From a virus, in IMG/VR virus record IMGVR_UViG_3300036774_000031, positions 1-43,113 of that record: DNA of 43,113 bases; one strand, 5' to 3'. Numbering within the stretch: the stretch's first letter is position 1; every line of letters starts with the position of its first letter. A program made the translations under genes and the position numbers. Shown in pieces: positions 37,226 through 43,113 of this stretch. The notes under the pieces are model-generated. The model searched no databases and had not been told where the DNA came from. It saw only the letters and a list, made by a program, of their open reading frames with translations.

Positions 37226-38016
37226 TCAATAAATGGGACAAGTTTAATCCCCGCAAGGACCTCAAAACCTCATCATGGTTTCGACTTGAGAACAACTTTT
37301 TGACGCATCCATCCCTTTGGGACCTCTCGAGTGATGGCAAAATGGTGTGGATCGGTCTGCTATGTGATGCATCGCGTCGACAAAGTTCGTGCATCGAAGC
37401 AAATTCTAAATTGTTGGCAGCCTTGCTTAAAACAACAGCATCTGTTGTCGAAGATGCATTTAGTGCCCTTCAAGATGCCGATATGATTGAAATACACACG
37501 TCACGTCCACGTAACGTCCGCGTCACGTCCGCGTCACGTCCACGTAACGCACGCGTAACACGCTGGCGCCCTACGGACATAACGGACGAACATAACGGAC
37601 GAGACGAACGAACGAACAAGACTTCCGCCGATCCCGGCGTAGGTTTCGTGGATCCAGGTAATGATCTAATCTTGGCGACCGCTTGGCTGGAGTATGCCAA
37701 GGCCGAGATGCCGTGGCGGACTGACGACAAGTCTTGGAGCCCCCAGGTGTTCGCCGCCGATCTAGCGCAGGTCCAAAAAAAGTGTGGCCTCACCGACGAG
37801 GGGATGATGCGCGTTCTCGAATTCATTCGCGCTGACGATTTCTGGCACGACAAGGCGTGCAATCCCAAAGGACTTCTCGGCAAATCAAAAAACGGTCAAC
37901 GCAAAATCGACAACATTTTAGTGCGAATGAAATCCGATTCGAAATCAAGTTCGGCATCAACGGCGGAAGCAATTCAGCGGTGGGCCGATTCACGTTCAAC
38001 CCAAGGAGATCCGTAA
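37213..38016 (+). CDS. Putative replication initiator / replisome organiser carrying internal iterons
   Basis: N-terminal W.KF...WFRLENNFL...LS.DGKMVWIGLL resembles phage replication-organiser N-domains. An iteron array lies inside the linker region. Confidence 0.5.
   Translation: MWIIINKWDKFNPRKDLKTSSWFRLENNFLTHPSLWDLSSDGKMVWIGLLCDASRRQSSCIEANSKLLAALLKTTASVVEDAFSALQDADMIEIHTSRPRNVRVTSASRPRNARVTRWRPTDITDEHNGRDERTNKTSADPGVGFVDPGNDLILATAWLEYAKAEMPWRTDDKSWSPQVFAADLAQVQKKCGLTDEGMMRVLEFIRADDFWHDKACNPKGLLGKSKNGQRKIDNILVRMKSDSKSSSASTAEAIQRWADSRSTQGDP
37497..37562. repeat. Six tandem 11-bp iterons (consensus CRCGTMACGYM), putative origin of replication
   Basis: The units are CACGTCACGTC, CACGTAACGTC, CGCGTCACGTC, CGCGTCACGTC, CACGTAACGCA and CGCGTAACACG. 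They are followed by 2 x ACATAACGGACGA (37576-37601) and an (ACGAA)3 tract. Confidence 0.6.
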
Positions 38017-38663
38017 TGGCGACAATGCAAGAGTTCGGCGCATTCATGTTTCGACTGGCGACAGCCATCCCGAGGTTTGCGCCAAATGTAAAAGATCCCG
38101 CATTGCTTGATGCGTGGTTTGCTGAGTTAGGAAAATTAGATACGCCGATGTTAAGCGGTGTTTATCGAGAGGCGATTGCGAAGTGCGACGCGTTCCCCTC
38201 GATTCGCGAGCTCCTGCAATTTGGCGGTTTGTCTCCGCAGTCCGACGAAGATAAAGGACGCGATGTTGCCGAACGCATTTGGTCGGGCATTGGAAAATTT
38301 GGATCGGTCAACGGCCGTTTAATAATCGATACGCCAGAAAAAGTTTTTGCCTTAGGAAAAAATGATGGGAGTTTAGAGAAAATAGAAAAAACGGAAGCCG
38401 ATAAAAAATGGTCGGTGATTTGCGAATACCTTGGGCCGATAGGACTGGCTGTTGTCAAAACCCAAGGCGGATGGAACCAGATTTGTAATACGGCGACGAA
38501 TGATAACCAAACAACGCTTAAAGCACAGTGGCGCGAATATGCCGCCGTCATTGTGCGAAAACAAAAATCAGGAACAATTGATCAAGCGCCGACATTCGAT
38601 TCGCTGCCAACAAAAGCGCGGCCCGAGATCGCCGCACTCTGCGAGAAAGTTTCGACGCCATGA
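38016..38663 (+). CDS. Replication-module protein (possible G39P-like helicase loader)
   Basis: TAATG overlap with the initiator. MATMQEFGAFMFRL...DAWFAELGKLDTPMLSGVYREAIAKCDAFPSIRELL loosely recalls the loader/inhibitor of G40P. Weak. Confidence 0.4.
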   Translation: MATMQEFGAFMFRLATAIPRFAPNVKDPALLDAWFAELGKLDTPMLSGVYREAIAKCDAFPSIRELLQFGGLSPQSDEDKGRDVAERIWSGIGKFGSVNGRLIIDTPEKVFALGKNDGSLEKIEKTEADKKWSVICEYLGPIGLAVVKTQGGWNQICNTATNDNQTTLKAQWREYAAVIVRKQKSGTIDQAPTFDSLPTKARPEIAALCEKVSTP

Positions 38664-38878
38664 TCGACACGCCAATCCTGACGCTGACAATCTGCCTCGA
38701 CTTTCCGTGGGACGGCAAATACTGGGAAACCGAAAGCCCGGACAAGGCGGCCGCGATTGAAACGGAGTTTTTCAACAGCGACCTCGACAACGTTCTGGAC
38801 TTTCTCGTCGAGAACCAAGACAATCTCCGGATCACCGTCAAACCAGTTGCAACCAAAAATCCCGACGCGAGGAACTAG
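38660..38878 (+). CDS. Hypothetical acidic protein (72 aa)
   Basis: ATGA-coupled ORF. Confidence 0.5.
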   Translation: MIDTPILTLTICLDFPWDGKYWETESPDKAAAIETEFFNSDLDNVLDFLVENQDNLRITVKPVATKNPDARN

Positions 38879-38880
38879 CG

Positions 38881-39066
38881 ATGGCCAAAATTCCGTGGGT
38901 CAAAACAGGCGACGGCGATTTGCCAACGATGCGCAACAGGTTCTCGCCCCGCGTCTGCTTCTGGCTTGACGTCGGCCTCCTCGTACTGATCATCGCTGGG
39001 ATCATCCAATTGATCGAAGTCGCCGTCTGGGTCGCCAAACACGTTTCGGTCGGGGTGCAAGGGTGA
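38881..39066 (+). CDS. Small membrane protein (61 aa)
   Basis: VCFWLDVGLLVLIIAGIIQLIEVAVWV is a hydrophobic segment. Confidence 0.5.
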   Translation: MAKIPWVKTGDGDLPTMRNRFSPRVCFWLDVGLLVLIIAGIIQLIEVAVWVAKHVSVGVQG

Positions 39067-39214
39067 CTCGCAGCCACGATCCGCGCTTGGATGACAAAAT
39101 GGCCGAAGGATTCGCGGCAAGTGGGTCGACCCACATCGTGCTATTTAGATTTCGTCGATTTACCTAATTCGATGTTTCGCATATCAGAATCGATATGTTT
39201 AAAAAGGATAGAAT

Positions 39215-39364
39215 ATGTTAAAATCAAACATGCAGCCCGATAAAATGCAGCGATATATTGAAGTGATCGCCACAATCGGCGCATTTCTTGTCCCCGCCCT
39301 GCTGGGGATAACCTGTGCATATCTTGTCGTTCGCAGTTGCCATTTGCTCGGGGTTTGCTCCTAA
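39215..39364 (+). CDS. Small membrane protein (49 aa)
   Basis: Hand translation: MLKSNMQPDKMQRYIEVIATIGAFLVPALLGITCAYLVVRSCHLLGVCS. AAGGA SD. AT-rich upstream region. Confidence 0.45.
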   Translation: MLKSNMQPDKMQRYIEVIATIGAFLVPALLGITCAYLVVRSCHLLGVCS

Positions 39365-39609
39365 TGGAACGACGCGACGAGGCACCAAAAATATCGGCCC
39401 TGCACATGCATCTTTTCGATGTCGTAAATCGACTTCGTCGCAGTCGCCAGCGCAGCCTTGCTTGGGCGTGCCGCGTTGCCGGATTTACCGAGCTTGAATA
39501 TATGCGCGTACGGTCGCATGTTGCCGACGATGTCGAAGCGTTCTCGTTTGATTTCCCGCAAGATTCGCTGCGTCCCAGCGACCCGATTTTCAAGAAAGGG
39601 AAACAATGA
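39364..39609 (+). CDS. Hypothetical protein (81 aa)
   Basis: TAATG overlap with the upstream micro-ORF. MERRDEAPKISALHMHLFDVVNRLRR... Confidence 0.45.
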   Translation: MERRDEAPKISALHMHLFDVVNRLRRSRQRSLAWACRVAGFTELEYMRVRSHVADDVEAFSFDFPQDSLRPSDPIFKKGKQ

Positions 39610-39932
39610 ATCCCGACGACATCCTGTTCGGTATCAGCCACGAGCTCGTCGTTCAAATCGCCGCCGGCGTGGCCGTAACCGTGATTTCGTCGATTGCAAC
39701 CGGCTTATTGGGATTCGTCGTACGGTATCTGAAACGCATCGCGCGCGAACTCGAAGAGCTCAAAGACGAGTTGGCGCAGCAGCGCATGGCCAGCACCAAA
39801 GATTTATCGGACATAAACCGCACGATTGCGGTAATGCATACGAAGGACGAGGCACAGGAACTTCGCATTGACGAGCACGCCGAACGGATCGGTAAACTCG
39901 AATGCACAAGGATACGGGGAGGGAAAAGATGA
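39606..39932 (+). CDS. Membrane-anchored coiled-coil protein (108 aa)
   Basis: Hydrophobic segment VVQIAAGVAVTVISSIATGLLGFVV, followed by a charged helical region. Confidence 0.55.
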   Translation: MNPDDILFGISHELVVQIAAGVAVTVISSIATGLLGFVVRYLKRIARELEELKDELAQQRMASTKDLSDINRTIAVMHTKDEAQELRIDEHAERIGKLECTRIRGGKR

Positions 39933-40081
39933 TTGATGTATCGGCAACGACGTTCCGTGTATTTGAAGGATCGATTGTATTTTGGTGCATTACATGTTGT
40001 TGGGCAATTGGAAAAATCATGAAAAGCATCAAAAAATTAGAATCCCTTGCCAACATCGATAAAATGGTAATTCCAAAATGA
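39929..40081 (+). CDS. Small hydrophobic Cys-rich protein (50 aa)
   Basis: Hand translation: MIDVSATTFRVFEGSIVFWCITCCWAIGKIMKSIKKLESLANIDKMVIPK. ATGA overlaps at both ends. Confidence 0.4.
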   Translation: MIDVSATTFRVFEGSIVFWCITCCWAIGKIMKSIKKLESLANIDKMVIPK

Positions 40082-41286
40082 ACGAATTCCAGCCCGACAC
40101 AGTAATGCGCGATATCGATACGATCACGCCGTATGCAAAAAATACAAAGCTGCATCCTGACGAGCAAATCGCCAAACTCGCATCCATGATCGCCGAATTC
40201 GGATGGGATCAGCCGATTGTTATCGACAAGGACGGCATCATCATAAAAGGTCACGGACGCAGATTGGCGGCGCTGCGACTCAACTTGAAACAAGTGCCGG
40301 TTGTGGTCCGGACCGATCTAAGCAAGGCGCAAGTGATGGCCGCACGGATCGCGGATAATCGCGTGGCGGAAAGCGGATGGGATACATCGCTGCTTAGTAT
40401 GGAGTTCTCTGAACTGAAAGATATGGAATTCGATCTTGATTTGCTGGGTTTTGATGCCGATGAACTCGATAAAATTCTTGAACCAACACAAGCCGGCACA
40501 GACGGATTGACTGACCCTGACGCCATACCAGAGAAAGTCGATACTAGATGCAAACCAGGCGATATTTGGATTCTCGGCAATCATCGCGTGATGTGCGGCG
40601 ACTCGACGAATGTGCAGCATGTTGAAAGACTGATGGCGGGCGAGAAGGCGGATATGGTGTTCACCGATCCGCCGTATGGGATCGACCTTGATACCGATCT
40701 CAGCAATATCAAAGCAGAGTTGAAGGGCTGGAAGGGGGCGGGCGGCAAATACAGCAAGGTCATTGGCGACGATGAACCCTATGACCCAGGGTTTATCCTA
40801 GGACTATTTCAAGATGTACCTGAGATATTCCTTTGGGGTGCTGATTATTACGCTGAAAGACTTATAGGAAAAAATGATGGTTGCTGGTTTGCTTGGGATA
40901 AAACAACAAATGAAGGCGGCGGATCAGTCTCTTGGAATTTGGGCTCAATGTTTGAGCTCTGCTGGAGTAAGAGCAAGCACAAGCGAGAAGTCGTCCGCAA
41001 GTTATGGGCCGGTTTATATGGCACCGAAACCCAAGACGTGAGAAGTCGAATCCACCCAACACAAAAACCAAACGAACTATGCCAATGGTTTATCAATAAA
41101 TTCAGCAAGGATGGGCAACTAGTCGTCGACCTATTCCTCGGCTCCGGCTCCACGCTCATCGCCTGCGAGAAGACCGGACGCCGCTGTTTCGGTATGGAAA
41201 TAGATCCTCACTACTGCGACGTGATCCTGAAACGATGGGAAGATTTTACGGGCAAACAGGCGGAGCGTGAACTGGATGCCGCGTGA
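40078..41286 (+). CDS. ParB-like nuclease domain fused to an N6/N4 DNA methyltransferase (beta-class)
   Basis: N-terminal ITPYAKNTKLHPDEQI...IIKGHGRRLAA (ParB/Srx fold). Motif IV VFTDPPYG. Motif I VVDLFLGSGSTLIACEKTGRRCFGMEID at the C-terminus. Confidence 0.85.
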   Translation: MNEFQPDTVMRDIDTITPYAKNTKLHPDEQIAKLASMIAEFGWDQPIVIDKDGIIIKGHGRRLAALRLNLKQVPVVVRTDLSKAQVMAARIADNRVAESGWDTSLLSMEFSELKDMEFDLDLLGFDADELDKILEPTQAGTDGLTDPDAIPEKVDTRCKPGDIWILGNHRVMCGDSTNVQHVERLMAGEKADMVFTDPPYGIDLDTDLSNIKAELKGWKGAGGKYSKVIGDDEPYDPGFILGLFQDVPEIFLWGADYYAERLIGKNDGCWFAWDKTTNEGGGSVSWNLGSMFELCWSKSKHKREVVRKLWAGLYGTETQDVRSRIHPTQKPNELCQWFINKFSKDGQLVVDLFLGSGSTLIACEKTGRRCFGMEIDPHYCDVILKRWEDFTGKQAERELDAA

Positions 41287-41707
41287 AACGCGATTGCTCA
41301 CCGACGCAGAAATTCGTCAAGTCGAAACGATGGCGGGCATCGGTTTGAAGGTCGAACAAATCGCGGCGGTGATTGGCATATCCAAGCCATCTTTCGATAG
41401 ACGACAAGCCGATCAACCCGGAGTTAGTGATGCAATAGAAAGGGGTCGCGCAAAGGCGGCGTCCTCTGTTTTGCAGACTTTATTCAAAATGGCTGTGTCA
41501 GGAAAATGCGTGGCGGCGACAATATTTTGGGCCAAAACCCGCGAAGGTTGGCGCGAGAAGGACAGCCTTGAAATATCCTGGCCAAATGGTGCACCTTTGC
41601 AATCTAATAAAGCGGAAATTTTGATAATTTTACCAGATAATGGCAAACAGGCGCCTAAGGCAGTAAATCAGGTCTTATCGCTAAGAGACGACGATTCGCA
41701 TCTTTGA
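41276..41707 (+). CDS. terS: Terminase small subunit (putative)
   Basis: N-terminal HTH (GLKVEQIAAVIGISKPSF) and the ATIFWAKTREGWREKD motif typical of many TerS proteins. It is separated from terL by ~1.8 kb of small genes across the circular junction. Confidence 0.55.
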   Translation: MPRETRLLTDAEIRQVETMAGIGLKVEQIAAVIGISKPSFDRRQADQPGVSDAIERGRAKAASSVLQTLFKMAVSGKCVAATIFWAKTREGWREKDSLEISWPNGAPLQSNKAEILIILPDNGKQAPKAVNQVLSLRDDDSHL

Positions 41708-41825
41708 TACGTTTTTTATCCCGCGCGCATATATGACAAATACGAGATCCATATTTGTTACGGCCTGTATATTCATGACCACGCGGACAGCGCGTTTTGC
41801 GCGCATTACCAGCGGCAGGACTCAT
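41655..41825 (-). CDS. 56-aa zinc-loop micro-ORF, antisense to the terS 3' end
   Basis: Hand translation: MSPAAGNARKTRCPRGHEYTGRNKYGSRICHICARDKKRIKDANRRLLAIRPDLLP. The same C.RGHE...R.C..C motif occurs in the C-terminal repeats of the 8945-9526 HNH enzyme. Confidence 0.35.
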   Translation of the reverse strand: MSPAAGNARKTRCPRGHEYTGRNKYGSRICHICARDKKRIKDANRRLLAIRPDLLP

Positions 41826-41978
41826 ACCTCATAACCCACCTGACAACGCCAAATCGACCAGGATCCAGCCTCCGAAAACGACTAAATCTCCAATCATTAC
41901 CGCACGATGTAAAATATAGCTAAGGTTCCGGCGCGAACCCACCGATAGGTTATTTATATAACCAATCAGGGGGTGCAA

Positions 41979-42188
41979 ATGAAATTCATCGCGGTCACCA
42001 AAATCGAACAAAAAGATGATGATTACAAAACGGCCATCGCGGTATCGGCCATTGTGTCAGTTGGCATATGTGACGAAGAAACAACATGGATTACATTGGT
42101 GAACGGTGAAAAATTTTTGGTTTACGAAATGATGATGGACATTCTGAAAGCCATGGGCATCACGCCGGTCACCATTCGGATCATTTGA
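41979..42188 (+). CDS. Hypothetical protein (69 aa)
   Basis: AGGGGG SD before ATG 41979. MKFIAVTKIEQKDDDYKTAIAV... Confidence 0.5.
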   Translation: MKFIAVTKIEQKDDDYKTAIAVSAIVSVGICDEETTWITLVNGEKFLVYEMMMDILKAMGITPVTIRII

Positions 42189-42251
42189 TTGGCAACAATC
42201 CGTCGGCGCCATGGACGGCGCCCCATAGTGAAACCCCAACAAGGAGCACAT

Positions 42252-42536
42252 ATGCGAACGATCAAATCAAAATGGGCACAAGACGCCATCCTCGAATTGG
42301 CGGCATTGGTTGAAATCCGCAGGGTCAACGAACGCAAAGAAAAAGATTTGCGCGACATGTTCAAGGACGAAATGGGTGACGACGAGCTCATGCGCGTCGG
42401 CGAATTCATCCTGATCGCATCGACACGGATCCGCACCGATTTGGACAAAAAGGCATTACAACAACGACTTGGCGATGAACTTAAGGAATTCGAAAAAAAG
42501 ACCGAATACAAAACGTTGGATGTCAAGACGGTATGA
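42252..42536 (+). CDS. Hypothetical charged helical protein (94 aa)
   Basis: AAGGAG SD before ATG 42252. The ORF-track start at 42189 is less likely. Confidence 0.5.
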   Translation: MRTIKSKWAQDAILELAALVEIRRVNERKEKDLRDMFKDEMGDDELMRVGEFILIASTRIRTDLDKKALQQRLGDELKEFEKKTEYKTLDVKTV

Positions 42537-42563
42537 ACCGACCACAATCAAAGGAGCAATGCC

Positions 42564-43113
42564 ATGAATCACATCATATCGATCATGATCGTTTTGAACG
42601 CCGGTATCCTCGCTTGCGGCACGCCAGCGCAACAGAAGGCCCGTGAGAAGGCTGTGCAAAATGCCTACAATAGTCCGGCCAATGGCGGAACGGGCACATC
42701 GACGGGCACTAGCGCCGCGACCTCAACCCAGACGGCCGCCGCGACCTCAACCCAGACGGCCGCCGCGACCTCAACCCAGACGGCCGCCGCGACCTCAACC
42801 CAGACGGCCGCCACGACCGCGCCAGCACCGTCAGGACCGACATCCTGCACCGCCACAGCATCGACGCCAGCAACCGGTATGGGAACGACCTGGCAGTATG
42901 ATCCGACACTCAGGACGTGGGCAGCAGCCAAGGCAGCGGCACCGACCGGATGGCACCTCGCGACCCGCGCTGAGGTCCTCAACCTGTTCGATACTAAGGC
43001 ACTCGCCAAGCAGGTGTTCACGATCTCCTTTGTCTGGACTGCCACGCCGATTGACGCTGCAGATGCTTGGATCGTCGACATCATGCAGGGAAGCCTGGCG
43101 CCTGAGGCCGCGG
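42564..43113 (+). CDS. Lipoprotein with AAATSTQT tandem repeats and a DUF1566 (Lcl C-terminal)-like domain; runs off the window end and finishes at 161
   Basis: AAGGAG SD. The signal peptide MNHIISIMIVLNAGILAC has a lipobox. C-terminal GWHLATRAEVLNLF...FVWTATP...AWIVDIMQG resembles DUF1566. There is no stop before 43113. Confidence 0.65.
   Translation, partial: MNHIISIMIVLNAGILACGTPAQQKAREKAVQNAYNSPANGGTGTSTGTSAATSTQTAAATSTQTAAATSTQTAAATSTQTAATTAPAPSGPTSCTATASTPATGMGTTWQYDPTLRTWAAAKAAAPTGWHLATRAEVLNLFDTKALAKQVFTISFVWTATPIDAADAWIVDIMQGSLAPEAA
42714..42806. repeat. Perfect 24-bp tandem repeat x ~4 (GCCGCCGCGACCTCAACCCAGACG)
   Basis: Read directly. Encodes AAATSTQT repeats in the lipoprotein linker. 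Confidence 0.9.
42991..43113. repeat. Terminal direct repeat, right copy (identical to 1-123)
   Basis: Read directly. Confidence 0.95.

Noticed and set aside
39141-39656. 171-aa minus-strand ORF
   Set aside because: Arg/Ser-rich, non-protein-like sequence. The plus strand holds three well-coupled ORFs (TAATG/ATGA overlaps, SD sites) in the same interval.
42665-43084. 139-aa minus-strand ORF with AAVWVEV repeats
   Set aside because: It is antisense to the lipoprotein gene, which has an SD, a signal peptide and a recognisable C-terminal domain. The repeat keeps the frames open.

Overview
The window is a complete, terminally redundant phage genome. Bases 1-123 are identical to bases 42991-43113, leaving 42,990 unique bp, which looks like a circular or metagenome-style assembly. 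The phage is a contractile-tailed dsDNA phage.

Layout:
- Plus strand 422-30245, packaging and head: TerL, DUF1073-like portal, Mu F/SPP1 gp7-like protein, DUF2213-like scaffold, decoration protein, and major capsid followed by a strong terminator.
- Neck genes, interrupted by an AT-rich HNH homing endonuclease on the opposite strand.
- An unusually placed 1200-aa collagen-like, Gly-rich fibre gene, followed by a permuted papain-like amidase.
- Tail: sheath, tube, chaperone with a -1 frame extension, and tape measure.
- A PBSX/Mu/P2-like baseplate (hub, spike, W, J, I) and two tail-fibre genes.
- A lysis region in which a 614-aa lipoprotein with two CXXCH haem-binding motifs sits before an M15 endolysin.
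- Minus strand 30252-36555: a leftward early operon of translationally coupled small genes. It includes a (Gly-X)n hexanucleotide-repeat ORF, an AAWDAA-repeat protein, zinc ribbons, RecT, a Gp157-like protein and an RHH protein.
- Plus strand 36647-43113, wrapping to 161: HNH, Xis-like HTH, a replication initiator with internal 11-bp iterons, small membrane proteins, a ParB-methyltransferase fusion, TerS, and a DUF1566-like lipoprotein that spans the window ends.

I could not see an integrase, tRNA, rRNA or CRISPR array.

All family assignments rest on motif recognition by eye and need HMM or structure confirmation. Coordinates for ORFs shorter than 60 aa were hand-derived and checked against the ORF-track anchors.
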